NCBI GenBank assembly: GCA_963762745.1
Contig: CAVXMB010000002.1
Location: forward strand, 104,554-168,553
DNA length: 64,000 nucleotides
Source: an uncultured Actinomycetota bacterium
GTDB lineage: Bacteria; Actinomycetota; UBA4738; HRBIN12
Direction: 5' to 3'
Shown: in pieces, positions 1-8,788 of the stretch
Numbering within the stretch: the first letter of the stretch is position 1
Layout of the letters: each line of letters starts with the position of its first letter
The notes under the pieces: model-generated
What the model was told of the DNA's origin: nothing
Seen by the model: only the letters and a program-made list of their open reading frames with translations
Databases searched by the model: none
Translations under genes and position numbers: made by a program

Positions 1-647
1 TCGGCAAGATCCGTCGCAACGCGAAGCGTCTGGACGAAGGGAGACCGCTCGACGATCCGGACTCGTCGCAGGATGAGTTGGGATCGCTCTCCCGAGCGCT
101 CGTCCGGACGGGATCCCATCTCTCCCAGCTCCAGGAGGAGCTCCGTCACCTCGCTACCGTCGACGAGCTGACCCGACTCGCCAATCGGCGCGGCTTCTTC
201 TCGCTCGGCGAGCACCAGCTCCTGGTCGCGGCACGGACCCGGGCGGCCGTCGCCCTGTTGTTCGTGGACGTGGACGGTCTCAAGAACGTGAACGACCTGC
301 TCGGCCATGCGACAGGCGACCTGCTTCTGAAGGAAGCGGCCGACGTGATCCGCGAGACCATCCGCGTCTCGGACCTCGCTGGACGAATCGGCGGCGACGA
401 GTTCTGCGTGCTCCTCATGGGAGACCCGGACCTCGATCCGGCGCGAGCGGTCGATCGACTCCGTCACACGATCGACGAACACAACTCGCGTCCCGGCCGG
501 CAGTTCCGCGTCTCACTCTCCATCGGTCTCTCCGCATTGGCCCCCGGGAGGTCTGTCACCCTCGAAGAGCTGATCGACGCCGCCGACGAGGGGATGTACG
601 AAGACAAGCGGGGCAAGCGCGAATCCCAGTCCGTCTCGTCCATCTGA
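1..647 (+). CDS. GGDEF-domain diguanylate cyclase (5' end outside the window)
   Basis: The frame is open from nt 3 to the stop at 645-647. Contains the RIGGDEFCVLL (GGDEF) active-site motif and the typical LTRLANRRGF segment upstream of it. Confidence 0.85.
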   Translation, partial: GKIRRNAKRLDEGRPLDDPDSSQDELGSLSRALVRTGSHLSQLQEELRHLATVDELTRLANRRGFFSLGEHQLLVAARTRAAVALLFVDVDGLKNVNDLLGHATGDLLLKEAADVIRETIRVSDLAGRIGGDEFCVLLMGDPDLDPARAVDRLRHTIDEHNSRPGRQFRVSLSIGLSALAPGRSVTLEELIDAADEGMYEDKRGKRESQSVSSI

Positions 648-833
648 CGCGCGACTCCGCGAACTCCGACCTGCCTTCCATCTGCATCTCAGTGAGTGCC
701 GCCCGAGAGGCCGACGCCGCGAACCACGGTAGCCCGGGATAAGCACGCAATCTGGACTAGACCGATCAAGAAATGTTTGCGGCAGAGCCGATAGAGGGGG
801 ACGGCCACACGAGGGACTGGAGAAACGAAGGTC

Positions 834-1382
834 ATGAAGATCCCGCGGTTCACCTTGGCTCTGATACTCGCAACGGGAGTCATCGCGCTCAATCTGCAGG
901 GGGCAAGCTCCACTTCTACGCTCGTTGTCCCCGAGCTGTCGGGATCCGCAACGACCGATGGGACCCTTCTCGAGTGGACCGACGCCGGGGCAGAGAGCTC
1001 GTATCGCGTGCTGCGCACACTCGCCGGTAGCAAGCTGCGATGGAAGTCGCTCGCCGTGCTCCCCGCGGACACTCTGCGATACAAGGATGTCGGGCTCCCT
1101 CCCTCGACCACGTACATCTACTCCGTGGCCGCGAGGCGTGGGAAACTCACGCTCTCCTCTCTTACCCTCTCGGTGACGACCGACTCCGCGCCGAGCCCCG
1201 CCCCGAGCCCCGCACCGTCGCCGTCCCCGAGCCCCGAACCCTCGCCGAGCGTTGCGCCGTCGCCGAGCGTTGCGCCGTCCCCGAGCCCCGAACCCTCACC
1301 GAGCCCCGAACCCTCGCCGGAGCGTTGCGCCGTCGCCGAGCGTTGCGCCGTCGCCGAGCGTGGCGCCCTCACCGACCCCTGA
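834..1382 (+). CDS. Secreted protein with a signal peptide, an FN3-like domain and a Pro/Ser-rich linker; probably the N-terminal part of a frame-disrupted fusion with the next ORF
   Basis: N-terminal hydrophobic signal (MKIPRFTLALILATGVIALNL). FN3-like pattern (YRVLR...LRYKDVGLPPSTTYIYSVAA). A long PSPAPSPAPSPSPSPEPSPS linker that turns into out-of-frame AERCAVAERCAVAERGA just before the stop. Confidence 0.6.
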   Translation: MKIPRFTLALILATGVIALNLQGASSTSTLVVPELSGSATTDGTLLEWTDAGAESSYRVLRTLAGSKLRWKSLAVLPADTLRYKDVGLPPSTTYIYSVAARRGKLTLSSLTLSVTTDSAPSPAPSPAPSPSPSPEPSPSVAPSPSVAPSPSPEPSPSPEPSPERCAVAERCAVAERGALTDP

Positions 1383-1403
1383 GCCGGAGCCGAGCCCAGA
1401 GCC
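1186..1403 (+). repeat. Tandem short coding repeats encoding the Pro/Ser/Val/Ala/Glu linker
   Basis: Repeated units agcgttgcgccgtcgccg and ccgagccccgaaccctc are visible several times. Reading the same repeat in two frames gives SVAPSP and ERCAVA. Confidence 0.8.
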
Positions 1404-2540
1404 GTGCTGGCCCTCTTGCACCGGCGTGAACGTGCTTCCGACCAAAGCGACGTGCAAGCCGTGTTCGATCGCTACCCGCCGGGACGACGTTCTGCTTCCA
1501 GCCCGGGTACCCACGTTCTGCGGAGCTTCGTCGTTCCCAAGAGCTACGACTCGCTCATCGGATCTGCCGGGCACGACCTGACCGGACTGGATACCTACCA
1601 GGGAGGCATCAGAGGATACGGAGGTTCGACAGGTCAGCATCACGTCACGGTTCGAGGTTTCGTGATCGAACACTTCCTCAATGACTGGGCAGTCGGCCCC
1701 CGCGCGCCGGTTCATCCAGGGTGGAACTGGACGGTCGCAAGCAACGAGATCCGGCGCAACGAGCGGGCCGGTCTCGTCCTGGGCAACGGGATGATCGCTC
1801 GAGACAACTACATCCATCACAACGGCCAGCTCGGGATCAACGGCGGGCCGGTGAGCGGTGTCCTGATCGAAGGGAACCAGATCGCGTACAACAACACCGG
1901 TTCGTACTCCACAGGTATCCACGCCGGTGGCGCGAAGATCATCGGCAGCTCCGCGGGATCCACGAACCTCGTGTGGCGCGGGAACTGGGTGCATCACAAC
2001 ACCGGTCACGGGCTCTGGATGGACTACAACGTCCGGAACGTGACCTTCGAGGACAATCTGATCGAGGACAACACGGGCATCGGGATCTTCCACGAGGTCT
2101 CCTGGGACGCGATCATCCGGCACAACGTGGTCCGGAACAACGCCGCGATGTACGTGGGCAAGTCGTGCTATCACGGCGCACAGATCCAGGTGCTCAACTC
2201 CCAGAACGTCGAGATCTACGGCAACACCGTGCGCTCCACGGATGGTAGCAACGGCATCTGCGCGGTCGACATCGACAGGCCCGCGACCGCGCCTGCCTCA
2301 ACGAAGGTGGCCAACCTCTTCGTGTACGACAACGAAGTTCGGATGCGCCTATCCGGTTCGACCGGCATGGTCGGTCGCGCCGCCGCCTTCGGCACCGCCG
2401 CCAACAACCGATTCGTGCACAACACCTACTACGTGGCGACGATGACGAGCAGGCAGTGGGCATGGAGCACGTACCCGGTTGCCTGGAACCCCTGGAACGA
2501 CTTCGGCAACGACGTCCAGGGAACCATGGTGCCATGGTAG
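1404..2540 (+). CDS. Right-handed parallel beta-helix repeat protein (pectate-lyase / NosD-like fold), copy 1; true N-terminus probably lies upstream in other frames
   Basis: Repeated NN.I..N / HHN / GN.I..NN beta-helix turns (IRRNERAG, NYIHHNGQLGI, IEGNQIAYNNTG, RGNWVHHNTGHGLWMDYN, FEDNLIEDNTGIGIF, IRHNVVRNN). Close paralog of 2902-4056. Confidence 0.8.
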   Translation: MLALLHRRERASDQSDVQAVFDRYPPGRRSASSPGTHVLRSFVVPKSYDSLIGSAGHDLTGLDTYQGGIRGYGGSTGQHHVTVRGFVIEHFLNDWAVGPRAPVHPGWNWTVASNEIRRNERAGLVLGNGMIARDNYIHHNGQLGINGGPVSGVLIEGNQIAYNNTGSYSTGIHAGGAKIIGSSAGSTNLVWRGNWVHHNTGHGLWMDYNVRNVTFEDNLIEDNTGIGIFHEVSWDAIIRHNVVRNNAAMYVGKSCYHGAQIQVLNSQNVEIYGNTVRSTDGSNGICAVDIDRPATAPASTKVANLFVYDNEVRMRLSGSTGMVGRAAAFGTAANNRFVHNTYYVATMTSRQWAWSTYPVAWNPWNDFGNDVQGTMVPW

Positions 2541-2901
2541 TGCCATCAGACGGTCTTATGCATCGATCTAGGACGGCTGTTGATCTCGCAACCTCAAGAC
2601 CGGCGTCAGATCTCACGATGAACACTGATGGAGAGGAGATCCATCCGTGGCTCAGATACCTGTCGCGTCAGCGATCCGCCTTCCACTCGGATCCAGGTTG
2701 CCGCGACGGCAGAGGCGGGTAGACTCGGCGCCGCTGCACTCGAGCAGGCATTCCCCCGGAGGATCGAGAGGTCGGTCATGCACGCCTCCAGGATGATCCG
2801 GATCTTGGTCGAGCATCTGAGAGGGGCCTTCGAGCACCCTCGACGGAACACCGCGACCCGAACGTCACCCGACCGTCCGCACGCTCGTCATCGGTTGTTC
2901 G

Positions 2902-4056
2902 ATGATCTTGTTCAGCGTCGGTCTGTTCGCCACACCTGCATCCGCGGGAGCGTGCACGGGTGTCCGCGTCCGACCGGGCGACAGCCTCCAACGGAAGATC
3001 GACTCCCGACCGCAGGGCACCACGTTCTGTCTCGCGAAGGGAACGTATCGGCTCAAGAAGGGCGTGCACGTCAAGAGCTACGATCGGATCATCGGGGCGC
3101 CGGGCGCGATACTCGATGGGCAGCACATCGCCGTTCGCGGCCTCTGGGGCTACGGAGGTTCCTCCGGACAGAAGAACGTGGTCGTCATGGGCGTCGGCTT
3201 GACGCACTTCCGCGGGGAGGCCATCAGCGCCGGATGGAATTGGCTCGTCAAGGGGAACAACATCCGGAACAACAAGACCGGGGTCGTGATCAGCAACGGG
3301 ATCACTCTGCAAGGCAACCACATCCACCATAACCGGCGGATCGGAGTCACCGGTGGGCCGGTGGCGGGCGCACTGGTCGTGGGGAACAAGATCGCCTATA
3401 ACAACACCGGTCACTACTCCACAGGTGTCCACGCCGGTGGAGTGAAGATCATCGGCGGCTCCGCGGGATCCTCGAACCTCGTGTGGCGCGGGAACTGGGT
3501 GCATCACAACACCGGTCACGGGCTCTGGATGGACTACAACGTCCGGAGCGTGCGCTTCGAGGACAACCTGATCGAGAACAACACGGGGATGGGGATCTTC
3601 TACGAGGTCTCCTGGGACGGGATCATCCGGCACAACGTGGTCCGGAACAACGCCGCGATGTACGCCGGCAAGTCGTGCTTCTGGGGAGCCCAGATCCACG
3701 TGATCAACTCCCGGAACGTCGAGATCGACGGCAACACCGTGCGCTCCACGAACGGCAGCAACGGTATCTGCGCCGTCGACATCGACAGGACCGCGACCGC
3801 GCCCGCCGCCACGAAGGTCGCCGACCTGTTCGTGCACGACAACGTGGTACGCGTGCGTCGCTCATCCATGACGGGCCTCGTCGGTCGCGCGGCCAGCCTT
3901 CGGCACCACCGCCAACAACCGGTTCGTGAACAACACGTACTACGTCACCACTACGTCCGGCAAGCATTGGGCTTGGAGCACGTATCCGGTCGCCTGGAGC
4001 CCCTGGCGCGACTTCGGCAACGACACCGCTGGAACCCGTCTAACCTGGTGACGTAG
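2902..4056 (+). CDS. Right-handed parallel beta-helix repeat protein, copy 2 (secreted; C-terminal ~50 codons are out of frame relative to copy 1)
   Basis: Short signal-like N-terminus (MILFSVGLFATPASAGAC). Same beta-helix repeat series as copy 1, with long identical DNA stretches. After ...LVGRAA the frame diverges, and the +1 frame restores homology (AFGTTANNRFVNNTYYV...WAWSTYPVAWSPW). Confidence 0.8.
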   Translation: MILFSVGLFATPASAGACTGVRVRPGDSLQRKIDSRPQGTTFCLAKGTYRLKKGVHVKSYDRIIGAPGAILDGQHIAVRGLWGYGGSSGQKNVVVMGVGLTHFRGEAISAGWNWLVKGNNIRNNKTGVVISNGITLQGNHIHHNRRIGVTGGPVAGALVVGNKIAYNNTGHYSTGVHAGGVKIIGGSAGSSNLVWRGNWVHHNTGHGLWMDYNVRSVRFEDNLIENNTGMGIFYEVSWDGIIRHNVVRNNAAMYAGKSCFWGAQIHVINSRNVEIDGNTVRSTNGSNGICAVDIDRTATAPAATKVADLFVHDNVVRVRRSSMTGLVGRAASLRHHRQQPVREQHVLRHHYVRQALGLEHVSGRLEPLARLRQRHRWNPSNLVT

Positions 4057-4735
4057 CCACCGGGGCCCGCCGGGCGACCACGAGCAACGTGCCGCCAAGA
4101 GCCGGCCAGCGTCGGAATGCCCACGCGCCCAAACGGAACATGGTGCTCCCGTGTCGCTCCGCAGCACGGATCTGATGGCAGGTCGCCCACCACTCGGGGA
4201 TCCAGCCGTGCCGCCTGAGCAGGTTCTCGAGGCTGTACCTATTGAACGAAAGGACATGGTCTCCGCCATCGACCACACCACCCCTCAGATAGCGCAGGAA
4301 AGAAGGAAGCCCGAGTGCGTTCGGGGTGGTCAGCGCGAACAACGTCCCAGGGTCGGCGAGTCGGGCAGCATTGCCGAGGAGCTCGCCCGGGTTCGACAGG
4401 TGTTCGACGATGTCGCCGGCGACGATCACGTCGAGCCTGTCGAGCGGGATCTCATCGCGCTCGAGGGTGGTTGCATCGGCGAACATCAGGTTGTCGAAGA
4501 TGCCCGCCTGAGTCAGCGCCTCGACCGCTTCGCGATTCGTGTCGATGCCGACGCAGCGCTCGGCCACTTGCGTCAGCGAAGCGTGGAAGGATCGCGGGGA
4601 ACGATCCAGTACCTGATCGATCGAACTCCCCGTCTCACCGACCGCTCCGAGGTGAAGGACCTGACGCCCGGTCGCCAGTTGTTCGAGAAGTTCGATCTTG
4701 GCCCCGTATCGAGTGATGCCGTGCTGCAGGTCCAT
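4040..4735 (-). CDS. Class I SAM-dependent methyltransferase
   Basis: Only the last 231 aa of the 564-aa ORF look protein-like (MDLQHGITRY...). VLHLGAVGETG (motif I-like), CVGIDTN and LDVIVAGDIVEHL (motif II/III-like). ATG at 4735-4733. Confidence 0.8.
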   Translation of the reverse strand: MDLQHGITRYGAKIELLEQLATGRQVLHLGAVGETGSSIDQVLDRSPRSFHASLTQVAERCVGIDTNREAVEALTQAGIFDNLMFADATTLERDEIPLDRLDVIVAGDIVEHLSNPGELLGNAARLADPGTLFALTTPNALGLPSFLRYLRGGVVDGGDHVLSFNRYSLENLLRRHGWIPEWWATCHQIRAAERHGSTMFRLGAWAFRRWPALGGTLLVVARRAPVATSPG

Positions 4736-4914
4736 GCCGGCCTCCTGACGTCCTTTCTGTCGCGAGAAGCGACCTTCCACGGGTCGACGCAGGATACTGA
4801 GGACTGGGACCACCCTACGTGGGCAGATCACACAGTTCGGTCTGGTAGTGCCGCGGGCCAAGGACCGCAATGTCTCGATGGAGAAGGTCTTGCCTCCGAC
4901 GATGGCAATCGGAT

Positions 4915-6219
4915 CTAGCGACTTACCGCTCGTTCCCTTCCTTCCTCTCCGATCGAAGGATCGCGAGCCCATCCCCGGACCGAGAAGGCCACGATGGCAA
5001 TGCTGGCGAGTCCACCCGCCACCGCCATGCCCCAGGCTGCCCCGGTGACTCCGTTCGTGCCGGCGAGCACGAGTGCGAGGATCAGACTCGACACCGATCC
5101 GATAACCCGAGCGACAAGAAGCGCCTTCCCTCTTGCCCGTGCCATCAACAGAAGCGCGAAGCCCATCGTTGCGGCGACGAAGATCTGGCTGACGCCCACA
5201 GGCATGATGAGCGCTTCGAACCCCCTGAACGACCGGCCGAATACCCATTCGAGGAGGTGGCCGCTGAAGGCAGCTGCAACCGCCAGGTAGGAACTCGCGA
5301 GCAGGAGCGCGAAGCCACTGATGAGAAGGGCGAGGCGGACCGCCCGATCGGCCGACACCGTAGACGCACGGGCGAGAGCTGGCAGCCCGGGAAGAGCCAG
5401 GGCGGGGGCGAGCAGGGAAAGCGGTCCGAATATCGTCTGGACCGCCCGTAGACCCCCCAGATCGTGAGTTCCCAAGATGCCAGCCAAGGTGAACACGAGG
5501 AGTTGAGAACCGACCGTGTAGGCGGCGGACTCCGCTGTGAGCCACCGACCGAGCCTCCACGCATGTGTCTTCCACCATCGAACGCTGGACTTGACCCCGG
5601 CCCACCTCACTCGACATTGGAGGGATCCGGCGATCGCGGCGACAAGGGCCCCGACTCCCCAGTTGGCCACCACGACCCACTCGGTTCGAACGACCAAGAC
5701 GAGCGGAAGGGTCAAGACCATCCCACCGAGCCACAGGGCATCATTGAGAGCCGCTGCCGCACCCCTCCTATCCCGGAAAAGTACGCCTCGCCAGAAGTCC
5801 TGAAGGAGTGCCGGCGCGAGCCAGGGGACGAACAGAGCCAAACCGTCCCCCACATCACCCGGCAAGGCGATCGACGATGCGATCAGCAGAACGGTGGCCG
5901 CGATGGACCCGAGGACGACCAACGTGAAAGCGCGATGCGTTGCAGCGCGCCGGGCATCTTCGTCAAGAGCCGACGTGCCCACCCGAAGCGGATCGCTGAT
6001 CAGCGATCGCTGGAAGCCCATCGCGAGGAGGAAGAAGGAGAGTCCTACGAAGATCGAGCCCAGTTCGTTCGGTCCGAGAAGCCGGCCTGCCAGGATCGAG
6101 AGGCCGAGGTTCGTCGCTGAGGAGGCTCCCTGGGAAGCGAACCCCCACGCGAAGTCTCGCCCGGTGGCCCCGCGAAGCCGACCGAAGACCCCCTTGAAGG
6201 GATCAAGTGTTCTGGTCAC
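4915..6219 (-). CDS. Polysaccharide flippase (Wzx/MOP-superfamily-like membrane protein)
   Basis: Polytopic hydrophobic protein of about 434 aa, starting at GTG 6219 (VTRTLDPFKGVFGRLRG...), a typical Wzx N-terminus. The upstream part of the 511-aa ORF is Arg/Ala-rich and not protein-like. Confidence 0.75.
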   Translation of the reverse strand: MTRTLDPFKGVFGRLRGATGRDFAWGFASQGASSATNLGLSILAGRLLGPNELGSIFVGLSFFLLAMGFQRSLISDPLRVGTSALDEDARRAATHRAFTLVVLGSIAATVLLIASSIALPGDVGDGLALFVPWLAPALLQDFWRGVLFRDRRGAAAALNDALWLGGMVLTLPLVLVVRTEWVVVANWGVGALVAAIAGSLQCRVRWAGVKSSVRWWKTHAWRLGRWLTAESAAYTVGSQLLVFTLAGILGTHDLGGLRAVQTIFGPLSLLAPALALPGLPALARASTVSADRAVRLALLISGFALLLASSYLAVAAAFSGHLLEWVFGRSFRGFEALIMPVGVSQIFVAATMGFALLLMARARGKALLVARVIGSVSSLILALVLAGTNGVTGAAWGMAVAGGLASIAIVAFSVRGWARDPSIGEEGRERAVSR

Positions 6220-6410
6220 CCCGCTTGCGCTCCCACTCGCGTTTCCTCTTTCGAGACATAAGGCCCGACCCAACCCTGGGCGCCCGGCAGACGCGGCCCC
6301 TCCATCCACACGTCCTGTTCTGACCTCCTCGCCGGCAGCCCGTAGGCTACTGTCGCCGATCCGGAAGCACGACTGTGGGTCGGCGCAGGCTCTCGAACGA
6401 GATCGGGAAC

Positions 6411-7461
6411 ATGAGCACTCAACCGCGGCAACAACCCATTCGGCTCGCACTCGTCGTTCGCTCTCTCAGGGCGGGGGTGCGGTATTGGGCAGACTTGACA
6501 GATTCGATGCAGCTCGCGGGTTTCTCCGTTCGAGTGTTCACGGCCCATCCCCCACCGTCCTCGCGGATCCCCGTACAGGTGGTGCGAGGACGCTTCATCC
6601 GACCCATCGCGCAAGCTCGATACATGAATTCGTCCTCTGTGATATCCCCCTCATTGATCACGGAGTTGAGACGGTTCCAACCTGACGCGATCCTGAGCGT
6701 GGAGTACAGCATGGCGACGGTCTGGTCCTTGGTTGCAGCGCGACTCGAGAGAGTGCCCCTCTTCATCTACCAGGAGCACAGGCAGCCCGAGAATGCTCCT
6801 CTTCCACGCTGGAGACTGATCTACAGACGAGGGCTCGCCCGTCTCGCGGATCTGATGTTCGCCAATACGGCTGCGGCGGAGCACGAGATCCGACAAGACT
6901 TGCGAGTACCCGGCCGAAAGGTTCGACGCGATCCAGCTTCTCAACCCTCCCTCCAGGGAAGAGCTGATGCGATCGCTGTTGGAGTTGAACGATCCATCGA
7001 GCCGCCCCCTCTTCCTCTGCGTGGCGGAACTCATCCCCCGCAAGAACGTGAGCACGCTCCTCCAAGCCGCCAGCCTCGTCAAGGCGAAGGGAGAGAGGTT
7101 CTCACTGTGGATAGTGGGAGAGGGCGCTGAGGGAGCAGCTCTACGATCATCCGTCTCGACATCGGGTCTTGACGACACCGTCTCGTTCCTCGGAGCGATC
7201 GAATACGACCGGATCGGCTGGGTCTACGACAAGGCCGACGTCTTCGTGATGCCGAGCCTGATCGACTATCTATCGGTTGCAGTGCTGGAGGCCATGCGAT
7301 TCGGCAAACCCATCGTTGACTCGATGTTCGACGGAGCCGTCGGCGATGCTGTGCTTCCCGGCAAGAACGGGCTGGCATTCGACCCTCGTAGTCCGAAAGA
7401 ACTCTCCGAGTGCATGATCCGACTGATCCGACGACGGCGCCCTCTTGACAAGGATGGGTGA
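6411..7461 (+). pseudogene. GT4-family (GT-B) glycosyltransferase interrupted by a +1 frameshift near 6909-6913
   Basis: The N-terminal half is in the frame of ORF 6375-7130 (MSTQPRQQPIRLALVVRSL...AAEHEIRQDLRV). The C-terminal half is in the frame of ORF 6967-7461 (PAERFDAIQLLNPP...LFLCVAELIPRKNV...EGLSVAVLEAM-like ...GKPIV). The switch occurs at the run gtacccggcc. Confidence 0.75.
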
Positions 7462-7606
7462 AGCGTCTGCGAACATGATGAGGAACCAGACGACGCAACG
7501 TGCCGCGGCTCAGGTCTACCAGATCGTGCAGGAGGCGAAGAGAAGAGCTCGACGCGACGGTCGCCGCAGGATATGGAGAGCCGAGCGGAGGCCGATCCGG
7601 CTCCGA

Positions 7607-8788
7607 CTAGCGAGCCGACAGGAACCCCCTGCGTACGAACGTGTCGCGGAGCAACTCGGATCTGACGTCCAGGTCGAAGTCGTGATCGGCGTGCCGCTCC
7701 GTTGACACCGCGGACTTCACCGCCGCTGCGAGCCGCTCAACCGTTTCGCGTACGGTTCCCGGCTCGACCACGTGGGCACCCAGGACAGGAGGTCCCCCTC
7801 GATCGAGCGCAACCACAGGGAGGCCGACGGAACCGGCCTCGGCGACCACCCAACCGGCGTCCTCGTGTGTGCTGGGGAACAGGAGAACGTCCGCCGTCTC
7901 ACGCATCAAGCCCAACAGCTGCTCTCGAGGCACCTGCCCCAGGAACTCGATCCGGCTTGCCACGTCGTGACGTGAGGCAAGCTCTCGCATCCTGGCGGCG
8001 TCGGGTCCCGAGCCCACCAGGATGAGTCTCCATCCGGGCAGCTGAGCGATGACCTGGAGAGCGAGACTCGTCCCTTTCCACGGCAACAGCCTCGCCGCGA
8101 AGAGCGCGACGTTCTCGGCGCTCCGAGGAGCAGCCAGTCTCTCCGACGGCTCCAGCACGATGTTGGGGAACACCTCCGCTTTCCGGCGGTGTCGCCTTGG
8201 CAGCCAATCGCGCGTCTCCGGATTCTGTACGAGGATCAAGTCGGCACGGCGCCACGCGAGCCTCGCCAGAGGATTGCCGTATCGAGCGGCACCTCGCGCC
8301 CCGATGCGGAGCAACTCCCGCAACGACCCCTGCAAACCAAGGGCGGGGAACAGCATCAAGGGCGTCTTGACTCCCCCGCCAACCGGTCCGTACACGAACC
8401 GCTTCCCCAGAAGGGCAGCGGTCGAGCCGAACCAGGCGTTGGCGAAGGTCAAGTGCCAGGCGAGATCGAAACTCGCGGTCGCATCGAGGACGCGAGCACG
8501 CCTCAGAGCCGCAACCTGCCACAACAGGTAGTAGGCGTGGACACCCCGCGGCCCGCGCTTCCAGAAGCGGGCCCACTCCGGCAGGTCTACGTACTCGAAG
8601 TGGAGGCGGTCTGCCTCCGCGATGGTCGGGAGCGCAGCTTCGATGGAGGAACGGTTGTTCTCTCTCGTGACCACCCACGTCTCGCCGAGGGTCGCGAGCA
8701 TCCGAGCCCACATCCATCCCGCGCCCGGCTCCGACCCCTTCTCCGGTTCGCAGGCGTAGGCGAACGCAACGATCCGCACCCCCTTCAC
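7607..8788 (-). CDS. GT4-family glycosyltransferase
   Basis: N-terminal IVAFAYACEPEKGSEPGAGWMW motif, typical of a GT-B subgroup. C-terminal LLFPSTHEDAGWVVAEAGSVGLPVVA (E-x7-E-like region). Confidence 0.85.
   Translation of the reverse strand: MKGVRIVAFAYACEPEKGSEPGAGWMWARMLATLGETWVVTRENNRSSIEAALPTIAEADRLHFEYVDLPEWARFWKRGPRGVHAYYLLWQVAALRRARVLDATASFDLAWHLTFANAWFGSTAALLGKRFVYGPVGGGVKTPLMLFPALGLQGSLRELLRIGARGAARYGNPLARLAWRRADLILVQNPETRDWLPRRHRRKAEVFPNIVLEPSERLAAPRSAENVALFAARLLPWKGTSLALQVIAQLPGWRLILVGSGPDAARMRELASRHDVASRIEFLGQVPREQLLGLMRETADVLLFPSTHEDAGWVVAEAGSVGLPVVALDRGGPPVLGAHVVEPGTVRETVERLAAAVKSAVSTERHADHDFDLDVRSELLRDTFVRRGFLSAR

Noticed and set aside
689-1117. 142-aa minus-strand ORF between the GGDEF gene and the FN3 gene
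   Set aside because: It overlaps the signal peptide/FN3 coding region on the opposite strand, and has no RBS or motifs.
1186-1403. Regular short repeats that might suggest a CRISPR-like or minisatellite array
   Set aside because: The units are 17-18 nt, contiguous with no spacers, and translate into a Pro/Ser linker in frame with an FN3 protein. This is a coding low-complexity repeat, not a CRISPR.
4736-5734. N-terminal 333 residues of the 564-aa minus-strand ORF 4040-5734
   Set aside because: Only the last 231 aa look like a methyltransferase. The upstream part overlaps the Wzx membrane-protein gene in another frame and is Arg/Gly/Ser-rich nonsense.
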